Source: Dehalococcoidia bacterium (GTDB taxonomy: Bacteria > Chloroflexota > Dehalococcoidia > Lucifugimonadales > UBA3495). From it: a stretch of DNA of 64,000 nucleotides. How positions within the stretch are numbered: the stretch's first letter is position 1; the number at the start of each line of letters is the position of its first letter. The translations under genes were made by a program, and so were the position numbers. The notes under the pieces are model-generated. The model was not told the origin of the DNA. It made no database searches and saw only the letters and a program-made list of their open reading frames with translations. This document shows, piece after piece, positions 18,599-27,977 of the stretch. The stretch lies in NCBI GenBank assembly GCA_965232845.1, contig OZ247428.1, forward strand, positions 1,565,543 through 1,629,542. Direction: 5' to 3'.

Positions 18599-19814
18599 TT
18601 ATCCCTTCAGAACCCCATGCCGCTCGAATATTCGCGCCAACTCAGCTACACCTTCCGACACCGTTTCAGCGGTAGGATGGCCGAAGCACAGACGGGCACA
18701 GTTAACGCCACGGCCCTCGGGGGAGAACATGCTGCCGTTATAGTAGCCAACGCCTTCGTTAAATGACTGTTCCTGCAATGCTGCCAGGTCTATGTCCTCG
18801 GGCATTTCCAGCCAGACGTAGAGGCCGCCTTCGGGCTTGCTCCACTGGGCCGCATCGCCGAAATTTTCTCCCAGCGCAGCCAGCATGGCGTCCCGTTTAA
18901 CCCGCAGTGAGTCGTTCTGCTCCTGGATATGGGAGTACATGCTGTCCTTGGCGAATTCCTGGACCGCCAACGCCGCAAACTGGTTGACCCCGCCGCCGCC
19001 CTTGAAACTCATGGCCCGCTGAATGACCTCCTGGGGGGCAACCATGTAGCCAAGACGTACGCCGGGAGCAACTATCTTGGAGAAAGAACCCACGTACAGC
19101 ACCCGTCCCGAGTCGTCCATGGAATGCATGGAGGTCACGTCCTCGCCCTCGAACCTGAGATCGACATAGCAGTCGTCCTCCAGGACCGGGACACCGTATT
19201 TCCCAGTTATTTCCAAAGTCTTAACCCTGCGTTCCAGGCTCATCGTCCAGCCCAGAGGGTTTTGAAACACTGGAATCGTGTAAAGGAACTTCACCTTCTT
19301 GCCCTCGGAAGCCACTGCCGCCAGGGTGCTTTCCAGATCTTCTGGAATTATTCCCTCGTCATCGCACCTGACGCTGCGAACATCGGCGCCAAACCGACGC
19401 ATGGCGCGGAGGGTTCCCAGGTAAACGTACTCTTCGGTAAGCAGCACGTCCCCGGGATCGGTAAGGGCGGCGATCGGTAAGGGCGGCAATCAGCATTGAT
19501 ATGGCCTCGCCGGAGCCTGAGGTCAGGACAATGTCGTCGACACCCACATTCATGTTGCGGTCACGGGCCAGCTTCTCCGCCACCCACTCCCGCAGGGACG
19601 GCAAGCCAGCCGATACGGGGTAAAGCGCCAGGTCCTTTCCTTCCCGTTCCAGCGCCACCTTCAAAGAGTCGGCCAATCCCTCCAGCGGCAGGGTTTCAGG
19701 GTCTGGATAGGCGACGGCAAAGTCATACTTGGCATGCCGATTCTCGCCTCGCACAACGGGCACGGATAACTGGGAATACAAACTGTTGTAGTTGAATGGG
19801 CTTGAGGTTGCCAT
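18599..19814 (-). pseudogene. class I/II PLP-dependent aminotransferase, frameshifted by a 16-bp tandem duplication
   Basis: ORF-track pieces 19359..19979 (N-terminal part from MATSSPFNYN..., ATG 19814 with AGGAGG Shine-Dalgarno) and 18599..19489 (C-terminal part with the SFSK PLP-lysine motif). Deleting one copy of the duplication restores ...GEAISMLIAALTDPGDVLLTEEYVYLG... in a single frame. Confidence 0.8.
19456..19487. repeat. perfect tandem duplication, 2 x 16 bp (GATCGGTAAGGGCGGC)
   Basis: Read directly as cccgg GATCGGTAAGGGCGGC GATCGGTAAGGGCGGC aatcag. It lies at the junction of the two aminotransferase ORF fragments. Confidence 0.95.
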
Positions 19815-19896
19815 TAGGGTCGCCTCCTTTATTGCGCTGGCATTGGGCAAGCGGTGCTGGTAACCAAATATCGCTCTTAAGGTTGCCGGGAAGTGG

Positions 19897-21684
19897 CTAT
19901 TCGGTAATCCGCAACGCCAGGTCCCGCAATTGCGAGTCATCCACCGGCGACGGCGCCCCGAACAAAAGGTCGGTTCCACTTTGGGTCTTTGGAAAGGCGA
20001 TTACGTCCCGTATGGAGTCCGCACCTGCCAGGATAGTGACCAAACGGTCTATGCCGGGAGCTATCCCTCCGTGGGGAGGCGCCCCGTATTCAAAAGCTTC
20101 AAGGATGTGGCCGAATCGCTCCTCCACCTGTTCCCTGCTATAGCCCAGTACGGCAAAGATCTTCTCCTGGAGTTCTCGGCGGTGGATTCGGATGCTGCCA
20201 CTGGCCAGTTCGGAACCGTTGCATACCAGGTCATAAGCCTTCGACTCGATGCCGCCCAGTTCCGGCCCGTCCAGCAGGTCTTCCTTGCCGTCGGCCGGTG
20301 AAGTGAATGGATGGTGAGAGGAATCCCACCTGTTATTGGCCTCGTCCCAGTCGAAGAGAGGGAATCCGGTAACAAATGCAAATGACAGGATGTCCTCGTC
20401 AATCAGCGCCAGCCTTTCGCCGAAATAGTTGCGCATGGAACTGAGCCACAGGTTGGCCCGGCTGGCAGACCCGGCCATCAACACTATCAGATCTCCCCCA
20501 GCAGCGCCCATTCGCTCGGCCAGGCGGCGGGACCATTCCACCGGCATTCTCAACCCTGGGGAAAGCAGAAAATTGTCTTCAGCCAAGTCCGACGGTGATC
20601 CTTCTCCCTGTAGGCGAACATGGCTCATGCCGGCTGCACCAAATTCCTTGGCCGCTTCTTCAAGCCGCCGCATGTCGGACCCGGTGTAGTGGCCCTGTCC
20701 CGGAGCGACGAACCCTTTGACTATGCCGCCCTGCTCGACTGTATTGAGGAATACCCTGAATTCAGTTTCTCCGGCCAGGTCGGTTACATCCGTCATTTCC
20801 AGGCCGAAACGCAGGTCAGGTTTGTCGCTGCCGTAGCGGGCCATCACCTCGTCGTAGGGCAAGCGAGGGAAGGGCTTTATGAGCTTCTTACCCGGGGTCA
20901 ACTTCTCGACCATTCCAGTGTAGAGTTCCTCGGTCAGACGGAGCACGTCTTCCTGGTCGACAAAGCTCATTTCCAGGTCTAGCTGGGTGAATTCGGGCTG
21001 GCGGTCGGCTCTCAGGTCTTCATCCCGGAAGCAGCGGGCAATCTGAAAGTACTTTTCCACTCCCGACACCATTAGCAGTTGCTTCAACTGCTGGGGTGAC
21101 TGGGGCAAGGCGTAAAAGTTGCCCTTTTGCATACGGCTCGGCACCAGGTAATCCCTGGCGCCTTCGGGGGTGCTCTTTATCAGGATGGGAGTCTCAATTT
21201 CGAGAAACCCACGTTCGTCGAGAAAGTCACGGATATACTTGACCACCTGGTGCCGCAAAATCAGATTCCGTTGCATCTGGGGCCGGCGCAAGTCCAGGTA
21301 GCGGTATCGGAGGCGCAAACCCTCATCCGCCTTAACGTCATCTTCTATGTAGAAGGGCGGCGTGAGGGAGGAATTCAGGACCGTCACCTCATCGGCCATA
21401 ACTTCCACCATCCCCGTAGGGAGCGACGGATTTTCCGACTCGGGTGGACGGCGGGTAACAACTCCCTTGACTTCTATAACCCACTCCGACCGAAGCTGCT
21501 CAGCCACCCGGTAAGCCTCGGGGGACAACTCAGGGCTGAACACTACCTGGACGATTCCGGACCTGTCTCTCAGGTCAACAAAAATGACGCCGCCGTGGTC
21601 GCGGCGACTGTCAACCCAACCTGCCAGGGTATGCCGGCAGTCAATCTGGTTTTCCGTAAGGTCGTTGCAACTTGCGCTCTTCAG
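19897..21684 (-). CDS. aspS: aspartate--tRNA ligase, probably initiating at a non-canonical CTG
   Basis: The ORF track starts at GTG 21543. The conserved N-terminal OB-fold sequence ([48 protein letters not shown]) is encoded in frame upstream with no ATG, GTG or TTG. CTG at 21684 is preceded by GGAGGA 5 nt upstream and gives a typical ~595 aa product. Confidence 0.85.
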   Translation of the reverse strand: MKSASCNDLTENQIDCRHTLAGWVDSRRDHGGVIFVDLRDRSGIVQVVFSPELSPEAYRVAEQLRSEWVIEVKGVVTRRPPESENPSLPTGMVEVMADEVTVLNSSLTPPFYIEDDVKADEGLRLRYRYLDLRRPQMQRNLILRHQVVKYIRDFLDERGFLEIETPILIKSTPEGARDYLVPSRMQKGNFYALPQSPQQLKQLLMVSGVEKYFQIARCFRDEDLRADRQPEFTQLDLEMSFVDQEDVLRLTEELYTGMVEKLTPGKKLIKPFPRLPYDEVMARYGSDKPDLRFGLEMTDVTDLAGETEFRVFLNTVEQGGIVKGFVAPGQGHYTGSDMRRLEEAAKEFGAAGMSHVRLQGEGSPSDLAEDNFLLSPGLRMPVEWSRRLAERMGAAGGDLIVLMAGSASRANLWLSSMRNYFGERLALIDEDILSFAFVTGFPLFDWDEANNRWDSSHHPFTSPADGKEDLLDGPELGGIESKAYDLVCNGSELASGSIRIHRRELQEKIFAVLGYSREQVEERFGHILEAFEYGAPPHGGIAPGIDRLVTILAGADSIRDVIAFPKTQSGTDLLFGAPSPVDDSQLRDLALRITE

Positions 21685-21740
21685 GGGAGTCCTCCGTAAA
21701 CAGGCTTCCGGACTCAGGCGGTCTGTTGCCCGCCCGAAGG

Positions 21741-23540
21741 TTAGAAGCTCACAAATCTTTCAAAAATACTTTCACCCGGAGCTTGTGGGCCCTCCAGCGC
21801 TTCCGCCACTGAGGCTCCTAACTCCTCGGGTCGGCTTACCGGTGGGAAGCAAAGGGTGTCCACACACACATGGGCCAACGCCGTGGCACCATGCCCTGCG
21901 GCCACCGGCTTGATAATTACATGAGGGTGATTAACCCGACAAGCGGCCAGCGAGAGATCAACCGTGGCTTCGTGGCCGGCTTCACCCTCAATGGTGATTT
22001 CTACGGGGGGATGCAGGAAGTGGTCTACGGCAACGGCATAGCTAGCGGCATGTTCACCGAAGTCGCGGTTGGCCTCAACATAGGCGCGGAGCACGTTTTC
22101 CGCCCGCAACTGGTAGCCGGTGTCGCCGGTGGCGTGGTGAAGCTTCAATAGAGCCTCGACCATGATCATGTTCTCAGCCAGTGGCTTTTCCCGCAGCCTC
22201 ATGTAACCCACTGCGGAAGTTTCGGCCTCAGTATCAAAATACCCGCCTCTGGCCTGGTCATAGAACCGCACATCCAATTGTTCTACGGCCTTCTGGGCCA
22301 GCGCCAGGTATTCAGGATCGTTCGGGCAAGAGTTGTGGGCGTCCATCAGGGCGTTCAAATAGGCTGCCCAGTCGGTAAACAGGTCAGTTTCTTCGGAAAG
22401 CTGGGGCGAAAGACGCCCCTGGCGGTCAAAGGCGTGAGGCAGTCGCCCCCCGGCCGCAAAAGCCGACAAGGTTTCCAGCGACTTGAGGGCGATGGCAGCC
22501 AATTCAGGCCTGGGCAATTTCCACGCCGCTTCCAGGAGCAGCGAGGCCGCCTGGCAGGTCAGGCCGGTATAGGAAAACGGGTCCGGGGCGGGCGCTTCCC
22601 CTGTCTTCCTGTCCCCTTCGGGGTAACCGAAATAGTCGGAATGGGCCCCCTGGCTGCCACGAAAGCCCCTTGACTCAGGATCGAGCAGCACCGTAGCCAG
22701 ATAGTCCAACGTACTGGAAGCTATCCCCTTGTACCCAGGATCGTCAAGCAGAATTGACGCGTCCAGGAAAACCCTGGCAAGGTTGATATTATCTTCCAGC
22801 ATCTTTTCGTGCTGGACCTCGGTCCAGTCCTGTTGAGCACAATAACGGAAGAAGCCGCCATCGACCCCGTCGTATAGTTCCCCCGCGACCATTCCGTCCA
22901 GAGATTTCTGCAAGATAGCCCGGTAAAAATCTTCGCCGGAAGTGCGGTAGAGGTGCAGCATGAACTGCAGGATAGGGGCCGAAGGAAACTTGGGCTCTTC
23001 TCCAAATCCGCCGTAACGCGCATCATAGGCTCCGGCCATGCGGCGAGCGATGGTATCCACCAGGCGGTGGTCGATTTCGGCCATGCCAGCGGACACCCGA
23101 CCCACGTAATCCTGTCTCTGGCGGTGCAGTTGGGCTGCCTGGTCGTAGATGCCGGATTTGTCCTCGTCGTAAGCTCGCTTAACTTCTATCAGCATTGCCA
23201 GAAGCTGGTCGGCGGGCAGGTAAGTTGCGCCCGCTATATAACCCCCATGGGGAGTCAGGAACGCCGTGGTGGGCCACCCGCCCACGTTGTAACGAGCGTT
23301 GACGTCGGGCCGGTGGTCATTGTCAACCATCACCGGCACAAAATTGTTGTTGACGAAGATTGCCAGGTCCGAATCTCTGTAGGTTGTCTCCTCCATGACG
23401 TGGCACCAATAGCACCAGACGGCCGATATGGAGAGAAGCACCGGTTTGTCAGAATCCTGGGCAAGCGCAAACGCATCGGGGCCCCAATGCAACCATTGGA
23501 CCTCGGTGCTCTTGCCATCAATTGGGGGAATTCCCGCCAT
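21741..23540 (-). CDS. thioredoxin-domain protein, DUF255/YyaL family
   Basis: N-terminal KPVLLSISAVWCYWCHVME (CxxC thioredoxin-like) plus a long alpha-toroid C-terminal part. ORF track 21741..23555 (TTG); ATG 23540 is the alternative used here. Confidence 0.8.
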   Translation of the reverse strand: MAGIPPIDGKSTEVQWLHWGPDAFALAQDSDKPVLLSISAVWCYWCHVMEETTYRDSDLAIFVNNNFVPVMVDNDHRPDVNARYNVGGWPTTAFLTPHGGYIAGATYLPADQLLAMLIEVKRAYDEDKSGIYDQAAQLHRQRQDYVGRVSAGMAEIDHRLVDTIARRMAGAYDARYGGFGEEPKFPSAPILQFMLHLYRTSGEDFYRAILQKSLDGMVAGELYDGVDGGFFRYCAQQDWTEVQHEKMLEDNINLARVFLDASILLDDPGYKGIASSTLDYLATVLLDPESRGFRGSQGAHSDYFGYPEGDRKTGEAPAPDPFSYTGLTCQAASLLLEAAWKLPRPELAAIALKSLETLSAFAAGGRLPHAFDRQGRLSPQLSEETDLFTDWAAYLNALMDAHNSCPNDPEYLALAQKAVEQLDVRFYDQARGGYFDTEAETSAVGYMRLREKPLAENMIMVEALLKLHHATGDTGYQLRAENVLRAYVEANRDFGEHAASYAVAVDHFLHPPVEITIEGEAGHEATVDLSLAACRVNHPHVIIKPVAAGHGATALAHVCVDTLCFPPVSRPEELGASVAEALEGPQAPGESIFERFVSF

Positions 23541-23928
23541 AGGTTGGCGCTCCAAGCGTCTCTCGCAGGGAAGTAAGCCGCGTCAAAATCCTGCATAAAG
23601 TTAGCATAGCCTATTGGGAATTTCAATCACGCGAGTACAATATTTATACCTAATCCATTCCATATGTTCCGAATTTAGCAACTGAGGGCATTGCCAGCAT
23701 GCGTGGCATTCAGCCTGCGAAAGTAGTAGAGATTCTTCGGAGCGGAGGGGTTAGTGGTAAAGCATGCGTTTGACGAATCCGCTATTTGCGTGGGTGCGTA
23801 CTTACTACAGATCGGATAGATAGATTGCCTTTGCCAGGGCTTAACAATCTCTCCACATTCCTGCGCTATACTGAAATATACAGAGTCCAGGCTGGACAGC
23901 GCTAACAATCCTAAAAAGGAGACTGTTT

Positions 23929-25482
23929 GTGCAGAATATATTCACTTTACCTACTTGCCAACCGTTTAGATCAAAGAAATACGTCAAATGCCACCGAATG
24001 CTTCTTGCTTCATTGATGGTGATTTTATTCGGGATTCTGTTGACCGGGTGTTCCTTCCTGCAACCCGACTTTTCGGCAGGACAGGAGACTGATTCCGAGA
24101 CCAACCAGGGTTCCTCCGAACCCCAAACCGTGGCGATACAAGATTCTCCTGCGCCTTCATCTCAAACTAAAGCCGGCAATGGGAACACAGCATCCGGCGC
24201 TGGGAATGAAACGTCGCCGGTTGCGGCCATTAGTCAGCAGGATGGTGTGGCGAAATCCGAAGCGACAACAGATACAGAAGTCGTCACCGAGACCGCGGAC
24301 ACTATTGGGGCGGGCCCCCTGAGCGACATCCTCGGGGACAACGTGCCCGAAGTGTCTTCCCCGGGGGAAGAAACGGGCGGGAGCAGCCGACCCCAGCTGT
24401 CCGGCTTGACTCCTCTGGAGATTGTGGCGGCTCAAGACGAGGTGCTTGGAGACATCTACGACAGCACCCTGCCATCCGTGGTCCTGATCCGAGTGTCCAG
24501 GAGCCTGGGGTCACTGGCTGACAGGCCCAGGATTCCCGATATACCCGGCATCCCAGACGACTTCTTTGAACGTTCCGGCGGAACGGGTTTTGTATGGGAC
24601 GACGAGGGGCACATCGTAACCAACCATCACGTGGTGACGCAGGCCGACCGGGTAATTGTTGTGCTGCCTAATCGCGTGGAGATGGAAGCGGAATTCATCG
24701 GAAGTGACCCAGACTCGGACCTGGCGGTGCTGAAGGTGTCCGACCCGGACGGGTTGCTCACGCCCGTTACACTGGGGGACAGTGACCAGGTCTATATGGG
24801 GCAGTTGGCCGTCGCAATGGGAAACCCCTTTGGACAGCAATTCAGCATTACGACGGGCATTATCAGCGGCATCGGGCGCACCATTCGCAGCGGGCACAGC
24901 CCCTTCTCCATTCCTGAGGTGCTGCAGACCGACGCTCCCATAAACCCGGGCAACTCGGGGGGGCCACTACTGGACCGCAACGGCCATGTCATCGGAGTAA
25001 ATACCCAGATAATCAGCCGCACCGGCGTGAATTCGGGGATCGGGTTCGCCGTTCCCATCAACATAGCCAAACAGGTGATTCCGTCACTCATGGAGGGCGG
25101 CGAGTACCAGTATTCCTGGCTGGGTATCAGCGGCACCAGCATTTTGCCGGATGTCGCCGAAGCTATGGAGCTGCCCCGTTCCACCCAGGGCGCCCTGGTC
25201 ATCGAGGTTGTGCCCGACGGGCCCGCCGCCAAGTCAGGACTGCTGGGCAGCGACGAAATATTCGAAATGGAGGGGCTGGAATTACCCGTAGGAGGCGATG
25301 TAATTGTAGCCATTGACGGCGCTCCGGTGGAAACTATCGACGACGTGATAGCCTTCCTGGTTGGAAAGACCGAACCCGACCAGACGGTTACGATGGACAT
25401 CATACGGGATGGCGAACAGCAGCAGATTACGGTAACGCTGGGCACTCGCCCTGATCTCTCAAACCCTGCGCCGGAAAACTGA
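23929..25482 (+). CDS. HtrA/DegP-family serine protease with PDZ domain; probable lipoprotein
   Basis: GTGFVWDDEGHIVTNHHVV (His), DLAVLKV (Asp) and GNSGGPLLD (Ser), plus a C-terminal PDZ domain. Has an LLTGC lipobox and a long Ser/Thr/Glu-rich linker. AAGGAGA Shine-Dalgarno before GTG 23929. Confidence 0.9.
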   Translation: MQNIFTLPTCQPFRSKKYVKCHRMLLASLMVILFGILLTGCSFLQPDFSAGQETDSETNQGSSEPQTVAIQDSPAPSSQTKAGNGNTASGAGNETSPVAAISQQDGVAKSEATTDTEVVTETADTIGAGPLSDILGDNVPEVSSPGEETGGSSRPQLSGLTPLEIVAAQDEVLGDIYDSTLPSVVLIRVSRSLGSLADRPRIPDIPGIPDDFFERSGGTGFVWDDEGHIVTNHHVVTQADRVIVVLPNRVEMEAEFIGSDPDSDLAVLKVSDPDGLLTPVTLGDSDQVYMGQLAVAMGNPFGQQFSITTGIISGIGRTIRSGHSPFSIPEVLQTDAPINPGNSGGPLLDRNGHVIGVNTQIISRTGVNSGIGFAVPINIAKQVIPSLMEGGEYQYSWLGISGTSILPDVAEAMELPRSTQGALVIEVVPDGPAAKSGLLGSDEIFEMEGLELPVGGDVIVAIDGAPVETIDDVIAFLVGKTEPDQTVTMDIIRDGEQQQITVTLGTRPDLSNPAPEN

Positions 25483-25505
25483 CGCCGGCTAACGTGTCTT
25501 GCTAA

Positions 25506-25535
25506 GGGGGGCGGTGAAATAGACCGCCCCTTTTT
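25506..25535 (+). terminator. rho-independent terminator after htrA
   Basis: GGGGCGGT-gaaatag-ACCGCCCC followed by TTTTT. Confidence 0.75.
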
Positions 25536-25736
25536 CTATTGAGGATTACCGCAAGGGTCCAAACAACCGGCTCCCAAGCCTTTAGCACTTCCTCTTAGCC
25601 CTTCCATTGACCCGTAGCCCTATTTGGCCTAATCTACTTCCAGCCAGTGTATGGCGCAGTCGTGCTTGCCTTCAATTAGCGGGTGGGACTTCAGCGGCGC
25701 ACCGGGAAATGGTGGGAGATCGGCCAGAAACAGACT

Positions 25737-26213
25737 ATGGACTTGCCAGCACACACTTTTCTGGACCTCAAAGGGATACCATATCGGAGGCTTGAGTTTT
25801 CCTCCGAAACCGATAAAGGGGCCGCCAACGTGGCCCGGGCGCTCGGTTTCGAGGAAGGGCAGATGGTCAAGACCCTGATATTTCGAACCGGTGAAGGGGA
25901 ATTGGCCCTGGTCATGCTGGGTGGCGACCGTCATACAGTCTCTGGCCACTTGAAACGGGCCCTGGGTTCCAGAAATATCAGCCTCGCCGACCCTGACAAG
26001 GTCCTGGAAATCACCGGCTATGCCGTAGGGTCAATACCACCATTTCACTGGCAGCCGACGGGGTTTCGTTCCCTTTTGGACGCTGCTTTGACGGAATATG
26101 AGGAATTGGGTGTTGGATCGGGAGTCTGGGGAAATGAAATCATAATTTCGCCGACCGACTTGATTTGCGCTTCCGGAGCTGAAGTAGTAAATCTGACCAG
26201 GAGAGACCTATGA
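25737..26213 (+). CDS. YbaK/EbsC-type aminoacyl-tRNA deacylase
   Basis: ORF track 25683..26213; ATG 25737 (MDLPAHTFLDLKGIPYRRLEF...) is preferred. The motif KTLIFRTGEGELALVMLGGD...GYAVGSIPPF is typical of the YbaK domain. Confidence 0.75.
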   Translation: MDLPAHTFLDLKGIPYRRLEFSSETDKGAANVARALGFEEGQMVKTLIFRTGEGELALVMLGGDRHTVSGHLKRALGSRNISLADPDKVLEITGYAVGSIPPFHWQPTGFRSLLDAALTEYEELGVGSGVWGNEIIISPTDLICASGAEVVNLTRRDL

Positions 26214-26617
26214 AGTATTGGATTGCCATGGCATTGCTGGTATTGGCGTTGACTGCCTGCTCTCAGTCCGATGCTACAGTAACTACCCCCTCCGGCCTTC
26301 ACTACGAAGTGCTCGCGTCGGGAGACGGGAGTGCCGCATCACCGGGAGACACGGCGGTAGTCCATTACACCGGTTGGCTCGTGGACGACACCAAGTTCGA
26401 CAGTTCAGTGGACCGTGGTGAGCCCTTCCAGTTCGTCATTGGTCAAGGCAACGTTATCCAGGGTTGGGACGAAGCGGTCGCCCTGATGAAGGTTGGCGAC
26501 AAGTGGAGGCTGACTATCCCGCCGGACCTCGCCTACGGTAACCGCAGCATCGGGGGAGGCTTGATTCCTGCGGGCTCAACCCTCATATTCGAGGTGGAGT
26601 TGCTGGATCTGGAGTGA
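26210..26617 (+). CDS. FKBP-type peptidyl-prolyl cis-trans isomerase, lipoprotein
   Basis: 135 aa with an LALTAC lipobox, VHYTGWLVDDTKFDSS...FVIGQGNVIQGWDEA...PPDLAYG. ATGA overlap with the upstream gene. Confidence 0.9.
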   Translation: MKYWIAMALLVLALTACSQSDATVTTPSGLHYEVLASGDGSAASPGDTAVVHYTGWLVDDTKFDSSVDRGEPFQFVIGQGNVIQGWDEAVALMKVGDKWRLTIPPDLAYGNRSIGGGLIPAGSTLIFEVELLDLE

Positions 26618-26666
26618 CCTGTCGCTGCGCAACCTGCCTTGGAGATTACTTTTCCTGTATCTAAGA

Positions 26667-26686
26667 CGAAGAACTGCAGTTCTTCG
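26667..26686. repeat. 20-bp perfect palindrome CGAAGAACTGCAGTTCTTCG (hairpin or operator)
   Basis: Read directly. It is 50 nt after the FKBP stop and 12 nt before the SEC-C mini-gene ATG. There is no T-tract. Confidence 0.6.
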
Positions 26687-26697
26687 ATGGATGAATA

Positions 26698-26859
26698 ATG
26701 GTCAGAGCTAACTGGTTCACTGAGCATCCGCCGGCTTGTACCTGCAACAATTGTGAAGAGAAACGGACAATTGCGCGCCATGAAGGCCGCAAGATAGGCC
26801 GCAACGAGAAGTGCCCCTGCGGCAGCAACAAGAAATTCAAGCGATGCCACGGGCAATAA
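26698..26859 (+). CDS. 53-aa SEC-C-motif zinc-binding mini-protein
   Basis: Below the ORF-track size cutoff. My translation is [53 protein letters not shown]. The C-terminal CPCGSxKKFKxCH is the SecA-type SEC-C metal-binding motif. Confidence 0.65.
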   Translation: MVRANWFTEHPPACTCNNCEEKRTIARHEGRKIGRNEKCPCGSNKKFKRCHGQ

Positions 26860-27339
26860 CCTGCACCGTGAAACCTCCCCTAGGGTTGTTACCCTCCGAT
26901 TGGCGGATCTTCCCCATCGTGGAAAAGATGCCCTGTCCGAAGGGCTTCTAACGCCTCCCCTATTGCCAGACACACTTCAGTTCTTTCGGCAGTTGCCGCT
27001 GCTGCAATCGCGCCGCGAACTACCGCCTCCACTTCCTCCGCAAGAGCTTCACCGGGCAGGCCAGCCTGACCTGCAATCTCCCTGAGTTGTCATGCCTCAT
27101 CCACCAGGCCCAGCATGCTGAGCCGGTGGCCCAACAGCCAGATGGCTCTGCCCACTTCGTTCATTTCCTTCCTATCTGCCCTCCGTTCGGTTTTTGGACA
27201 ACGTTACATCCGCCATACGGTTTACCACGTATAGAAAGGCAAAGAATCAATACTTGCTGCGGCAATGCGAGATGGAGGAATCAGACGGTAACAGGGGATT
27301 CCCAGCCAGCTTTATTGAGAAGAGGTAACCAGAGGGTAA

Positions 27340-27415
27340 TGGCGCGCCTGGCAGGACTCGAACCCGCAACCCCTGGGTCCGAAGCCCAGTGCTCTATCCA
27401 TTGAGCTACAGGCGC
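27340..27415 (-). tRNA. tRNA-Arg (anticodon UCG), CCA encoded
   Basis: Hand-folded cloverleaf. Acceptor GCGCCTG/CAGGCGC, D-stem GCTC/GAGC, anticodon stem CTGGG/CCCAG with loop CTTCGGA, T-arm GCGGG-TTCGAGT-CCTGC, discriminator G, CCA. 76 nt. Confidence 0.9.
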
Positions 27416-27447
27416 CAATGGGGAACCGGAAACGTCGATTGAATGCT

Positions 27448-27525
27448 TGGGGCGAGCGACGGGATTCGAACCCGTGATCTCCTGTGCCACAGACAGGCGC
27501 CTTAGGCCTCTTGGCTACGCTCGCC
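27448..27525 (-). tRNA. tRNA-His (anticodon GUG) with encoded G-1 and CCA
   Basis: G(-1)+GCGAGCG/CGCTCGC acceptor with C73, anticodon stem CCTGT/ACAGG with loop CTGTGGC, T-arm ACGGG-TTCGAAT-CCCGT. 78 nt. Confidence 0.9.
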
Positions 27526-27843
27526 ATCCGGAGCCACCTGCATTTACCGGGTGACCTTCACCGCCAAAATTCAGGTAGTAGCAATAGTAGCAAAAAGGTA
27601 GCAGGCTTTCAAGATAAGGTACAGGTCGGTTCAGGGTCTCTCGATTGTCTTAACTTTCGCTCATCCTGAACCTGTCGAAGGATGCCTAAGCCATTATGTA
27701 GGTGGTTCGACGGGCTCACCATGGGCGGGGACATAAGAATATGGGCGACAATCGGAAGATCCTGCCGGTCGGTTACCAAGGGGGCTGTGCCCTCGCGCTT
27801 AGTCTCTTGCGTGTCTTTACAATTGATTCTTAGTACCTGTTTA

Positions 27844-27873
27844 TTGCTTTGCAAGGTAATTTCCTAATATAAT
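27844..27873 (+). promoter_or_regulatory. sigma70-like promoter candidate (TTGCTT, 18 nt spacer, TATAAT) for the peptide ABC importer genes
   Basis: The hexamers were read in an AT-richer intergenic stretch about 100 nt upstream of the substrate-binding-protein start. Confidence 0.35.
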
Positions 27874-27977
27874 GCCGGAGGTGCAAACATTGAGATTTAC
27901 TTGAGTGAATGTAATTTTCTAACTGGCAACCGCGACCTTTACACATTCGCACAATGAAATTGATCTGGAAGGTAAAT

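Noticed and set aside
21543-21545. GTG 21543 as the aspS start, as implied by the ORF track.
   Set aside because: It would remove about 47 conserved N-terminal residues that are clearly encoded in frame upstream. CTG 21684 with a GGAGGA Shine-Dalgarno fits better.
26533-26973. A 146-aa minus-strand ORF overlapping the FKBP 3' end and the SEC-C mini-gene.
   Set aside because: It overlaps two better-supported plus-strand genes and has an Arg/Ser/Ala-rich low-information sequence.
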